A stretch of DNA of 14,094 nt from a virus (lineage: Duplodnaviria; Heunggongvirae; Uroviricota; Caudoviricetes). Below the pieces are notes generated by a model. It saw only the letters and a program-made list of their open reading frames with translations, was not told where the DNA came from and did not search any database. Location: the IMG/VR virus record IMGVR_UViG_2565956714_000002, positions 1 through 14,094 of that record. The stretch is one strand, 5' to 3'. Both the position numbers and the translations under genes were made by a program. This document shows, one piece after another, positions 1 to 7,652 of the stretch (position 1 is the stretch's first letter; each line of letters begins with the position of its first letter).

Positions 1-1254
1 ATGCTGGAACAAATGGGCATTGCCGCGAAGCAAGCCTCGTATAAATTAGCGCAACTCTCCAGCCGCGAAAAAAATCGCGTGCTGGAAAAAATCGCCGATG
101 AACTGGAAGCACAAAGCGAAATCATCCTCAACGCTAACGCCCAGGATGTTGCTGACGCGCGAGCCAATGGCCTTAGCGAAGCGATGCTTGACCGTCTGGC
201 ACTGACGCCCGCACGGCTGAAAGGCATTGCCGACGATGTACGTCAGGTGTGCAACCTCGCCGATCCGGTGGGGCAGGTAATCGATGGCGGCGTACTGGAC
301 AGCGGCCTGCGTCTTGAGCGTCGTCGCGTACCGCTGGGGGTTATTGGCGTGATTTATGAAGCGCGCCCGAACGTGACGGTTGATGTCGCTTCGCTGTGCC
401 TGAAAACCGGTAATGCGGTGATCCTGCGCGGTGGCAAAGAAACGTGTCGCACTAACGCTGCAACGGTGGCGGTGATTCAGGACGCCCTGAAATCCTGCGG
501 CTTACCGGCGGGTGCCGTGCAGGCGATTGATAATCCTGACCGTGCGCTGGTCAGTGAAATGCTGCGTATGGATAAATACATCGACATGCTGATCCCGCGT
601 GGTGGCGCTGGTTTGCATAAACTGTGCCGTGAACAGTCGACAATCCCGGTGATCACAGGTGGTATAGGCGTATGCCATATTTACGTTGATGAAAGTGTAG
701 AGATCGCTGAAGCATTAAAAGTGATCGTCAACGCGAAAACTCAGCGTCCGAGCACATGTAATACGGTTGAAACGTTGCTGGTGAATAAAAACATCGCCGA
801 TAGCTTCCTGCCCGCATTAAGCAAACAAATGGCGGAAAGCGGCGTGACATTACACGCAGATGCAGCTGCACTGGCGCAGTTGCAGGCAGGCCCTGCGAAG
901 GTGGTTGCTGTTAAAGCCGAAGAGTATGACGATGAGTTTCTGTCATTAGATTTGAACGTCAAAATCGTCAGCGATCTTGACGATGCCATCGCCCATATTC
1001 GTGAACACGGCACACAACACTCCGATGCGATCCTGACCCGCGATATGCGCAACGCCCAGCGTTTTGTTAACGAAGTGGATTCGTCCGCTGTTTACGTTAA
1101 CGCCTCTACGCGTTTTACCGACGGCGGCCAGTTTGGTCTGGGTGCGGAAGTGGCGGTAAGCACACAAAAACTCCACGCGCGTGGCCCAATGGGGCTGGAA
1201 GCACTGACCACTTACAAGTGGATCGGCATTGGTGATTACACCATTCGTGCGTAA
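1..1254 (+). CDS. proA: Gamma-glutamyl phosphate reductase (glutamate-5-semialdehyde dehydrogenase), complete, 417 aa
   Basis: Uninterrupted ORF from ATG at 1 to TAA at 1252-1254. The translation ([30 protein letters not shown] ... [14 protein letters not shown]) is recognised from memory as enterobacterial ProA. The position immediately upstream of thrW fits the known proA-thrW arrangement in E. coli. Confidence 0.95.
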
Positions 1255-1368
1255 ATAAAACCGGGTGATGCAAAAGTAGCCATTTGATTCACAAGGCCAT
1301 TGACGCATCGCCCGGTTAGTTTTAACCTTGTCCACCGTGATTCACGTTCGTGAACATGTCCTTTCAGG

Positions 1369-1444
1369 GCCGATATAGCTCAGTTGGTAGAGCAGCGCAT
1401 TCGTAATGCGAAGGTCGTAGGTTCGACTCCTATTATCGGCACCA
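1369..1444 (+). tRNA. thrW: tRNA-Thr, anticodon CGU, 76 nt including 3' CCA
   Basis: The sequence GCCGATATAGCTCAGTTGGTAGAGCAGCGCATTCGTAATGCGAAGGTCGTAGGTTCGACTCCTATTATCGGCACCA has a 7-bp acceptor stem (GCCGATA/TATCGGC), a D-loop AGCTCAGTTGGTAGAGC, anticodon CGT at 1402-1404 and a T-arm GGTTCGACTCC. It lies 114 nt after proA. Confidence 0.92.
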
Positions 1445-1460
1445 TTTAAATCAATAAGTT
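1400..1460. other. Probable prophage attL region (3' part of thrW plus junction)
   Basis: The integrase stop codon lies only 14 nt past the tRNA CCA end. P22-type integrases use the 3' end of thrW as attB. Exact core boundaries cannot be set without the attR end of the prophage. Confidence 0.35.
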
Positions 1461-2622
1461 ACACATCATTAGTACCTTCCTTATTTTTTGACTGGGACAA
1501 ATTTGGGACCGATGGGTTCAGGATCGAGTCTATTTGCCGTGCGTGTTCGGTAAGGTGATTAGGTGCAAGGTGAGCATATCGACGAACCATTTCGATAGAC
1601 TCCCAGCCTCCCATTTCCTGTAACACTGACAACGGGACTCCGGCTTGAACCAGCCAACTTGCCCAGGTGTGTCTCAAGTCGTGAAATCTGAAATCATCAA
1701 TACCAGCCCGTCTCAGCGCCGCTTTCCAGGCTGTGTTTGCGTCATACCGCATCTTCCTTACTGTTGGCGCTTTCGTTCCGTCTGGTTTGGTACAGCTTTC
1801 CTTGTACACAAATACCCAACGGTGATGATTCCCGATTTGTTTTTTCAATACGCGACATGCAGTATCATTCAGCGCAACGCCAATTGCGCGGTTTGATTTA
1901 CTCTCTTCCGGGTTTATCCATGCCACCCGGCGCTGCATATCTATTTGTTGCCATTCAAGGTTGATGATGTTCGAGCGTCTTAAGCCTGTTGCCAGTGCAA
2001 ATTCAACAACAGACTTTAATGGCTCCGGACATTCATCAATCAGCCTTTGTGCTTCATGGGGCTCCAGCCAGCGGATCCGTTTATTCTTTGGTTGAGGCAC
2101 TTTAATAATTGGTGCCTTATCCAGCATTTTCCATTCACGCTCTGCGGCTCTTAGTAGGGCCTTTATAAATGAAAGATGCGTAGCCTTCGTTGCAACGGAC
2201 GCTGGTTTTGGCGTGTATTCTGGAACAGGTTTCCCTTTTTTTCTGCATGCTTCTGCCCTGAGTTTCCAGTTTTCCTCATGACGCCGGTTCGTCATTTTCT
2301 GCATTGCTGAATAAATTTTTGATTCAGTAATGTCTCTTAGTTGCATTCCTGCGAAATGTTGAAGCCAGAATCCGATCCGGCTTTTGTCATCGTCCAGTGA
2401 TTTTTTATGTGCTTTCTCTTCAAGCCACCTGACACACGCTTCCTCGAACGTTATATCAGGTATTTCACCAAGTTTGCTGACCCGCCATGCTTCAGCCTTT
2501 AGCTTGTCATGGAGTTCTGTCGCCTGCCTTTTGTCCTTTGTTCCAAGAGACTGTTTAAATCTTTTACCGTTCGGCAATGTGAAACTGGCGTACCATATTT
2601 CACCTCTGCGGAAGAGTGACAT
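1459..2622 (-). CDS. int: Phage tyrosine integrase, P22 Int type, 387 aa
   Basis: 387-aa ORF with start preceded by AGAGGAAAG. The N-terminus [50 protein letters not shown] and the C-terminal catalytic region [40 protein letters not shown] (tyrosine recombinase R...HxxR...Y motifs) are recognised from memory as P22-family Int. It is adjacent to thrW, the P22 attachment tRNA. Confidence 0.93.
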   Translation of the reverse strand: MSLFRRGEIWYASFTLPNGKRFKQSLGTKDKRQATELHDKLKAEAWRVSKLGEIPDITFEEACVRWLEEKAHKKSLDDDKSRIGFWLQHFAGMQLRDITESKIYSAMQKMTNRRHEENWKLRAEACRKKGKPVPEYTPKPASVATKATHLSFIKALLRAAEREWKMLDKAPIIKVPQPKNKRIRWLEPHEAQRLIDECPEPLKSVVEFALATGLRRSNIINLEWQQIDMQRRVAWINPEESKSNRAIGVALNDTACRVLKKQIGNHHRWVFVYKESCTKPDGTKAPTVRKMRYDANTAWKAALRRAGIDDFRFHDLRHTWASWLVQAGVPLSVLQEMGGWESIEMVRRYAHLAPNHLTEHARQIDSILNPSVPNLSQSKNKEGTNDV

Positions 2623-2849
2623 TTTCTTTCCTCTGTTATGCCATCACCCGCGCTCACCTGGACAGTATGCAGCGGAGACTGAAGAGCCGCAATGCAGGCT
2701 TGTCGTGTTGTGAGGTAAGGAGATTTATTCTTAGTGGGATCTTTGCGTGTTGCCTGAAGACGCCCTGTGCGTATCCAGTTAATGGCAGTCGGTCTGGATA
2801 TCTTGAGAAAATGACAGGCCTCATCGAGTGTGAGGCTGTATGGCTCCAT
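2499..2849 (-). CDS. xis: Excisionase (P22 Xis-like), 116 aa
   Basis: Start chosen at the internal ATG at 2849 ([37 protein letters not shown]...) because it has a strong RBS (AGAGGTGAAATA-ATG) and overlaps the upstream stop as TAATG. The six-frame ORF extends further to 2933 without an RBS. The 3' end overlaps int by 124 nt in another frame. Confidence 0.8.
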   Translation of the reverse strand: MEPYSLTLDEACHFLKISRPTAINWIRTGRLQATRKDPTKNKSPYLTTRQACIAALQSPLHTVQVSAGDGITEERKCHSSAEVKYGTPVSHCRTVKDLNSLLEQRTKGRRQNSMTS

Positions 2850-3154
2850 TATTTCACCTCTTGCTGTGACATTGTTGAGAAATGGATACCAGCTCGTTGC
2901 TGCCAGACGATCCAACCGAGAGTCATATCCCATGCCATGTATTCGTTATCGCCGTTTTTTGCTCTCCGACGATCTACTAAGTCACCAAAACGCTTTTCCA
3001 TGAATAATTCATAAGCTTCGCGTTCATCTGGTTCTACTTCCAGAGATAGGAGTGCGATTTCATAAGCACGGCGCTCAATATCGTCTCGCACGTCAAGGCT
3101 GCTGATACGCTCTTTAATTTCTTTAATCAGTTCTTTGTCGGTAAAAGTGGTCAT
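2849..3154 (-). CDS. yfdT: Hypothetical early-left protein, 101 aa (YfdT-like by length and position)
   Basis: 101-aa ORF with start overlapping the upstream stop (TAATG) and a GGAG RBS. It is the fifth gene of a block whose sizes and order match CPS-53 yfdP-Q-R-S-T. The symbol rests on that synteny, not on sequence identity. Confidence 0.55.
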   Translation of the reverse strand: MTTFTDKELIKEIKERISSLDVRDDIERRAYEIALLSLEVEPDEREAYELFMEKRFGDLVDRRRAKNGDNEYMAWDMTLGWIVWQQRAGIHFSTMSQQEVK

Positions 3155-3516
3155 TATGCTCCAGCCTCCGGTGCTTTTGGCATTACTGCCCAGTGAGTGA
3201 TATTGACGTTTTCAAGGTCCCCGACCTGAAATGTCCACTGCCATTCTCCGGTTTCTTTTTGTCCCCAGGTGTACCAGAGAGAACGCCAGCCAATCAGCCA
3301 GCCTTCTCCGTTAGCATCGAATAACAAAACACTTTCATTTGCTGGTGGCAGTTCAGTTGACACTGGTATTACTTTGTTTTCCAGTGCCGCACATTTAGCT
3401 TCAAGCGCGTCGAATTTACGTACCAGGTACTCAGCATTTGTTTCGTTCACTTTCAGATCTCGCGGTACACATTTCCCGCGAAGAAACCCTTCCATTTCGA
3501 AAACATTCATGCGCAT
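3154..3516 (-). CDS. yfdS: DUF551-like phage protein, 120 aa (YfdS-like)
   Basis: 120-aa ORF with a GGAG RBS 4-5 nt upstream of ATG 3516. The C-terminal segment WQWTFQVGDLENVNITHWAVMPKAPE resembles the conserved DUF551 C-terminal motif. Length and position match yfdS. Confidence 0.6.
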   Translation of the reverse strand: MRMNVFEMEGFLRGKCVPRDLKVNETNAEYLVRKFDALEAKCAALENKVIPVSTELPPANESVLLFDANGEGWLIGWRSLWYTWGQKETGEWQWTFQVGDLENVNITHWAVMPKAPEAGA

Positions 3517-4043
3517 TTGCGTAACTCCGATAACTCGTTAAAACGTTCCATAAACATCCCGTAGGCATGGCTAGGTGCCAGTGGAATCACGTTGAACATC
3601 TCTGTTGCCGGGATGCCTTCCAGTACAGGCCAGAAAGAGCCATCATCAAGCCCGAGATCGCGGCGTTCGGTTGCCAGCATGATAAGATCGGCATATTTCA
3701 CGGGCGTACTCATAACTGGGGGTAACCCGTATTTCTCACGGATTACGGCGTCAATTTTTTCTTCCATCCGTTTATAGTCAGGCAGAAGGCGTTTCAGTGG
3801 AGCGGGAATATCCTGGCAATACGCTTCTGTTGCATCATGCATTAACGCTTCAAAAGCAAATTCCTGCGGCACCAGCTGGCTGCAAAGCACCGCATGTTGG
3901 GCGACACTGTAGAAGTGAGAAAGATGACCGGCAAAGCGGCAGATATTTGAAAGGGAAACCGCGATATCGTTAATCACGATGTCGTCTTTATTTATCTTGT
4001 CATAATAAAAATGCTTCCCGGAAAAAGTTTTAATAAATGACAT
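3507..4043 (-). CDS. yfdR: HD-domain phosphohydrolase, 5'-deoxynucleotidase family (YfdR-like), 178 aa
   Basis: Start set at ATG 4043 (MSFIKTF...), which has the RBS GGAGAACAAA-ATG. The GTG at 4070 used by the ORF track has no RBS. The HD signature is present (HAVLCSQLV ... ALMHDATEAY). Length and context match E. coli YfdR. Confidence 0.8.
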   Translation of the reverse strand: MSFIKTFSGKHFYYDKINKDDIVINDIAVSLSNICRFAGHLSHFYSVAQHAVLCSQLVPQEFAFEALMHDATEAYCQDIPAPLKRLLPDYKRMEEKIDAVIREKYGLPPVMSTPVKYADLIMLATERRDLGLDDGSFWPVLEGIPATEMFNVIPLAPSHAYGMFMERFNELSELRKCA

Positions 4044-4170
4044 TTTGTTCTCCACGTATATGCGCTGCACCGCGCTGAGTTTGGGTAAAAGGAAGCCCTC
4101 ACCATCCGGTGATTATTGAGTTAATTACGTTTCCATAAATGCCCCCGCAGGGGCATTTGCAGTAATGAAA

Positions 4171-4995
4171 TCAGGCGGTGAAAGTACCAATAAAGGTTTC
4201 TACTTTGCTGTCTTTGAATTTTTCAACAAGCAGATCACGAAATTCGTTAGCCATTTCTTCCTGCACTGCTTCCAGCTGAATAATGCGCAGAACCAGTACA
4301 GGGCGATCACCAGTGATAATGCTGAGGCGTAATTTAAACGGACGTTCTTTCAGGCCTTCAAACGGAACGCATTTAAACTCAAATGCTACTGGCATAATGT
4401 CTTTGGTTTTCGCTTCGACAGACTCCATCAGAGAGCGTTTGCCGCTGAAGTCATTGTCTTCAAAATCAGCGGTCTGGTTTGCTTCAATCGTGATTTTACG
4501 GACCGCCGCAGCCGCTTTTGTTGCCTGAATGGCGTCACCATTAGCATCAAAGCCCACAAGGTAGTCGGCCCAGTCTTCAATCCATTCTGCCAGTGACTTC
4601 TGGGAGTTACGCTCGCCGTTAACAGACAACAGGGCAGAGAACGGTGCTGTCTTTTTCAGTTTGAGAGTGGCGGTGTTATCTGCGTGACCTAGTTCATCAA
4701 TAGTACCCAGGTTAAACACACTGACGGCACGCATATTATCAGCATCGATAAAGCAGCGGGTGCCTTCATCTGCAAGATCTTTAGAATAACGGGTAAAATC
4801 ATCGATGCTGGCAGTGGAAAGCGCACCACGGAAACGGAAGCGATTTAAATTAAATTTTTCCAGATCATGAATGCGGAAATTCTCAGGCAATGCCACAGCA
4901 TCGGCACCAATCTTACTGATAATTTCATTAACACCCTGAGCAGAAATAAGGGCATGGATTTGATTAATTGCGGTTGCGTCTAAGTTCTGAGACAT
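4171..4995 (-). CDS. yfdQ: DUF2303-family phage protein (YfdQ-like), 274 aa
   Basis: 274-aa ORF with RBS GAGGA 6 nt upstream of the ATG. The N-terminus [13 protein letters not shown] and the length match YfdQ of CPS-53 as I recall it. Confidence 0.75.
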   Translation of the reverse strand: MSQNLDATAINQIHALISAQGVNEIISKIGADAVALPENFRIHDLEKFNLNRFRFRGALSTASIDDFTRYSKDLADEGTRCFIDADNMRAVSVFNLGTIDELGHADNTATLKLKKTAPFSALLSVNGERNSQKSLAEWIEDWADYLVGFDANGDAIQATKAAAAVRKITIEANQTADFEDNDFSGKRSLMESVEAKTKDIMPVAFEFKCVPFEGLKERPFKLRLSIITGDRPVLVLRIIQLEAVQEEMANEFRDLLVEKFKDSKVETFIGTFTA

Positions 4996-5060
4996 AATAA
5001 GTCCTCACTATATAAAGATATTCAGTGATGAGATAAATAATCAGTTAATTAAGAACGATA

Positions 5061-5423
5061 TTAATGACCTGCTGCGCGTAGTTTTCCGTCAGGTTCACCG
5101 GCAAGAGTCAGTAATTGTCCCTGGTCTTCCTGCAGAATAGTCAGGCGACCACCGCGATTGACATACATCGGCGTTTCGGTGGTGTCTTCTTCGGAAATTT
5201 TCCCGCGGTTAGTCGGGCGAACATATGAGAGTTTGTGTTTGATTTTCACACGGTTCTCATCAAATGGTTCGATTTCCAGGTTGAGTGAGACCTTACCTTT
5301 GGTTTTCGTGTTCATCACACCGGAAGCGACTTCACTGAGAACTGCGCCGATTTTGGTTTCAAATACGCCGCCGTCCAGCTCCCCGATAAATGCCTGCACA
5401 TCAGTACTGCGTTCGCTAGCCAT
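5061..5423 (-). CDS. yfdP: Hypothetical early-left protein (YfdP-like), 120 aa
   Basis: Start set at ATG 5423 (MASERSTDVQAFIGELDGG...) with RBS GAGGAA 7 nt upstream. The 197-aa version in the ORF track is an N-terminal read-through into noncoding leader. It is the first gene of the leftward operon. Confidence 0.7.
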   Translation of the reverse strand: MASERSTDVQAFIGELDGGVFETKIGAVLSEVASGVMNTKTKGKVSLNLEIEPFDENRVKIKHKLSYVRPTNRGKISEEDTTETPMYVNRGGRLTILQEDQGQLLTLAGEPDGKLRAAGH

Positions 5424-5471
5424 TTTGCTGTTCCTCATCATATCGACCCTGCAAGGTCGGTTGGTTTCTCC

Positions 5472-5570
5472 ACAAAACAGAGAAGAACACCTGCGGTGGC
5501 AGCCGCCCGGATGGATTGGGTTATGAGCCCGTCGTCCGGTGATGCTCTTCTCTGTTTTGTAAAAAGAGCG
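5472..5570 (-). promoter_or_regulatory. BoxA-like motif followed by a large hairpin in the leftward early leader (candidate antitermination or processing element)
   Basis: On the minus-strand transcript the sequence reads CGCUCUUUUUACAA, then a perfect 15-bp stem (arms at 5472-5486 and 5546-5560) enclosing 59 nt. CGCUCUU is the core of nut and rrn boxA. Function is inferred only. Confidence 0.3.
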
Positions 5571-6024
5571 GTACCAGCCGGAAGCAAGTGTACAAACTGG
5601 TACCGCCAAAGCAGTGGCTGTTGTGGTGGGGTTGTCACTCAGGCGTATGGTCAACCTGACAATCCGGTGTCCTCAACGGGGAAAGAGTAACCCCGCCATA
5701 CTTACCGCCGCGCCATTTCGCGGATTACCACAACGCTGAGAGCACTTAGCCAGTTACGGCACCACACTTTGTCGCGGCTCCATAAATGCCCTCATCGTTG
5801 CACCCTGGTCTCTTCCCAGGCGTCAAACCGAATCGCCACGCTGGTTAGGCGTCTTATCAGCATCATCATTGACTTGCACATTCCGGCTACCTGGTTTGTT
5901 TGCCCGAGCAAGGAGTGGATTGTCCCCTTTAACGTCCCCAGACCGCTAACGACGCATGTGCCATACGCCGTGTTACAACCAAATTTTTTTTGAATCTTGC
6001 CTGCCTCATGTTTCTTTTGGATAC

Positions 6025-6052
6025 ATTATGTATCTCATGGGTACATTGTCAA
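6025..6052 (-). promoter_or_regulatory. Candidate pL-type leftward early promoter
   Basis: Read on the minus strand: TTGACA (6052-6047), 16-nt spacer, CATAAT (6030-6025). It overlaps a 17-bp operator-like dyad. Confidence 0.45.
6029..6045. promoter_or_regulatory. Operator-like 17-bp dyad (OL candidate), TGTATCTCATGGGTACA
   Basis: It shares the pattern TGTAY-N7-GTACA with two sites in the cI-cro intergenic region. It overlaps the candidate pL -10 and spacer, and also the separate perfect palindrome GATACATTATGTATC at 6020-6034. Confidence 0.45.
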
Positions 6053-6056
6053 GTAT

Positions 6057-6078
6057 AAAAAAACCTGCCGAAGCAGGT
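6057..6078 (-). terminator. Intrinsic terminator downstream of the repressor gene
   Basis: On the minus strand: ACCUGC-UUCG-GCAGGU (6-bp stem, UUCG tetraloop) followed by seven U (6063-6057). It begins 14 nt after the cI stop. Confidence 0.55.
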
Positions 6079-6091
6079 TCATATATATTGA

Positions 6092-6766
6092 TTAGGCCTT
6101 TATTGTGTATCTTCTTGGTTTTCCCGAGAAAATCACTGTACCAATTATAGAGCAATTACCGTTAATCTTAATGTAAGGCTCAGGCCAGTTTGGGTTTAAT
6201 GCTTTGAGATAACGCTGTGTTCCATCTTCTATCAATCGCTTGAAGGTGGTTTCGCCTGTATCGTGCATCAATGCAATAACGTCGTCACCGTGGCAGGCAG
6301 GGACTTCGGGATCAACAAAAATCATGTCTCCCGGGCGGTACTCATCAATCATTGAATCACCAATCACCCGCAAGATATAAGTCATTTCGCCACAGGGTAC
6401 AGGGCAGGGATAAGTTTCTGCTGTGCTCAAATCAACCTCAGAATAGCCAACTTCTTTCCATGCTCCGGCCTGTACCCATGATATGACAGGGACTAACGTT
6501 ATTTGTTTGTTAGTGATTGAAACATCAGGTTTTTTTGTGATGTTCGTTGTCTGGTGTTCTTGATCAAGCCATCCGACAGGCAGGTCGAAACATTTTTCGA
6601 TGTGCCGTGCCATGCTGTCACCGATATTTTTAGTAGCGCCATCCCCCATAAACCTGCTGGTTTGGGTTGGCTCGCGATCAATCATGGTGGCAAAGGATGA
6701 ATTTCCGCCAACACCATCTCTCAGTTTTCTGGCGTTAGACCGCCGGATGTCATGGATTGTTTTCAT
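6092..6766 (-). CDS. cI: CI-type prophage repressor with N-terminal HTH and C-terminal S24 (LexA-like) autopeptidase domain, 224 aa
   Basis: The C-terminal region VIGDSMIDEYRPGDMIFVDPEV ... GETTFKRL aligns by eye with lambda CI and LexA (Ser in GDSM, Lys in FKRL). A candidate Ala-Gly cleavage site lies in WVQAGAWK. It is divergent from the cro-like gene. There is no Shine-Dalgarno before the ATG at 6766, which suggests a leaderless mRNA. Confidence 0.9.
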   Translation of the reverse strand: MKTIHDIRRSNARKLRDGVGGNSSFATMIDREPTQTSRFMGDGATKNIGDSMARHIEKCFDLPVGWLDQEHQTTNITKKPDVSITNKQITLVPVISWVQAGAWKEVGYSEVDLSTAETYPCPVPCGEMTYILRVIGDSMIDEYRPGDMIFVDPEVPACHGDDVIALMHDTGETTFKRLIEDGTQRYLKALNPNWPEPYIKINGNCSIIGTVIFSGKPRRYTIKA

Positions 6767-6783
6767 AACGAAATTAAAACCTT

Positions 6784-6800
6784 TGTACCGATAAGGTACA
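6784..6800. promoter_or_regulatory. Operator-like 17-bp palindrome TGTACCGATAAGGTACA (OR site)
   Basis: Perfect inverted arms TGTACC/GGTACA with a 5-bp spacer, in the cI-cro intergenic region, overlapping the predicted pRM -35 position. Confidence 0.5.
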
Positions 6801-6806
6801 AGTATC

Positions 6807-6834
6807 TTGAAGGTTCATTTCAATCATGTAATAT
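6807..6834 (+). promoter_or_regulatory. Candidate pR-type rightward early promoter
   Basis: TTGAAG (6807-6812), 16-nt spacer, TAATAT (6829-6834), reading into the cro RBS GGAGG at 6842-6846. Confidence 0.45.
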
Positions 6835-6850
6835 GTATACCGGAGGTACA
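6834..6850. promoter_or_regulatory. Operator-like 17-bp site TGTATACCGGAGGTACA (OR site)
   Basis: Matches the TGTAY-N7-GTACA pattern. It overlaps the pR -10 and start region and the cro RBS. Confidence 0.45.
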
Positions 6851-6856
6851 TATTGT

Positions 6857-7057
6857 ATGAAAGCGTATTGGGACTCTTTAACCAAAGAACAGCAGGGCGA
6901 GTTGGCCGGAAAAGTTGGCTCAACACCTGGCTACTTACGGCTGGTTTTCAATGGTTATAAAAAAGCCAGTTTTGTGCTGGCTAAAAAACTTGAGCAATGC
7001 ACGTCAGGTGCAATTACGAAATCTGACTTAAGACCGGATATCTATCCGAAAGATTAA
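6857..7057 (+). CDS. cro: Cro-like / YdaS-family small DNA-binding regulator, 66 aa
   Basis: Start at ATG 6857 with GGAGG 10 nt upstream. The protein MKAYWDSLTKEQQGELAGKVGSTPGYLRLVFNGYKKASFVLAKKLEQCTSGAITKSDLRPDIYPKD has an HTH and the C-terminal DLRPDIYP motif typical of YdaS/Cro-like proteins. The 101-aa version in the ORF track starts inside the operator region and lacks an RBS. Confidence 0.8.
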   Translation: MKAYWDSLTKEQQGELAGKVGSTPGYLRLVFNGYKKASFVLAKKLEQCTSGAITKSDLRPDIYPKD

Positions 7058-7088
7058 CAGAACACCTTCAATTTTTAACCACAGAACG

Positions 7089-7652
7089 ATGAGGCTAACC
7101 GTGGGTAAGCATCACTGGAAAGTAGAAAAACAGCCTGAGTGGTACGTGAAAGCTGTCAGAAAAACGATCGCGGCGTTGCCGGGGGGTTACGCTGAAGCTG
7201 CTGAGTGGCTGGATGTAACAGAGAACGCTTTATTCAACCGCCTTCGTGCAGATGGCGATCAGATTTTCCCGCTGGGATGGGCAATGATTTTACAGCGCGC
7301 GGCTGGCACTCACTACATTGCGGATGCTGTCGCACAGTCTGCTGGTGGGGTGTTTGTATCGCTTCCTGAAATTGAGGAAGTAGAGAACGCCGATATAAAC
7401 CAGCGCCTGCTGGAAGTCATCGAACAGATCGGGAGTTACTCAAAGCAGATTCGTTCGGCAATTGAAGATGGGGTAGTGGAGCCACACGAGCAGACAGCAA
7501 TTAATGATGAGTTGTATCTGTCAATTTCGAAGCTCCAGGAGCATGCAGCACTGGTCTACAAAATCTTTTGCGCTCCAGAAAAGAGTGACGCCCGCGAGTG
7601 TGCAGCTCCGGGCGTCGTGGCGTTTTGTGTCTGTGGAGAAACTAACGCATGA
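7089..7652 (+). CDS. CII-like regulatory protein (YdaT / phage CII family), 187 aa
   Basis: It follows cro as ydaT follows ydaS in Rac. An HTH-like segment is present (GGYAEAAEWLDVTENALFNRL). An alternative GTG start at 7101 has a better RBS (GAGG). The family assignment is from memory and is moderate. Confidence 0.55.
   Translation: MRLTVGKHHWKVEKQPEWYVKAVRKTIAALPGGYAEAAEWLDVTENALFNRLRADGDQIFPLGWAMILQRAAGTHYIADAVAQSAGGVFVSLPEIEEVENADINQRLLEVIEQIGSYSKQIRSAIEDGVVEPHEQTAINDELYLSISKLQEHAALVYKIFCAPEKSDARECAAPGVVAFCVCGETNA

Noticed and set aside
741-1335. Minus-strand ORFs of 103 and 129 aa (741..1052 and 946..1335) overlapping proA
   Set aside because: They lie antisense inside a well-supported conserved gene and have no RBS. 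They are typical shadow ORFs of a GC-rich coding region.
1645-1964. Plus-strand ORFs of 83 and 75 aa inside the integrase gene
   Set aside because: They are antisense to int, the translations are low-complexity (Cys/Pro/Ser-rich) and there is no RBS.
2850-2933. N-terminal extension of the xis ORF to ATG 2933 (144 aa)
   Set aside because: The ATG at 2933 has no RBS, whereas the ATG at 2849 has a strong RBS and TAATG coupling. The extension also overlaps the upstream gene.
2384-3014. Plus-strand ORFs of 109 and 132 aa overlapping xis and int
   Set aside because: They are antisense to the well-supported xis and int genes and their translations look random.
5588-5603. TGTACAAACTGGTACC, an operator-like dyad in the leader
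   Set aside because: The spacing is 16 bp with a 4-bp spacer and it does not match the 17-bp TGTAY-N7-GTACA pattern. GTAC is self-complementary, so such matches arise easily by chance.
5424-5654. 197-aa version of the yfdP-like ORF starting at 5654
   Set aside because: The extension (MTIRLSDNPTTTATALAVPV...CHRRCSSLFCGETNRPC...) is not protein-like and has no RBS. The internal ATG at 5423 has GAGGAA upstream and gives the expected 120 aa.
5438-6150. Four ORFs of 64-74 aa in the noncoding leader (5438..5638 minus, 5496..5690 plus, 5769..5993 plus, 5956..6150 plus)
   Set aside because: None has a Shine-Dalgarno sequence, one uses TTG, the translations are Cys/Pro/Trp-rich and random-looking, and 5956..6150 runs antisense through the cI terminator and the cI 3' end.
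6752-6856. 101-aa Cro ORF starting at ATG 6752
   Set aside because: That start lies inside the repressor gene's 5' end and the operator region. The ATG at 6857 has a GGAGG RBS and yields a typical 66-aa Cro.
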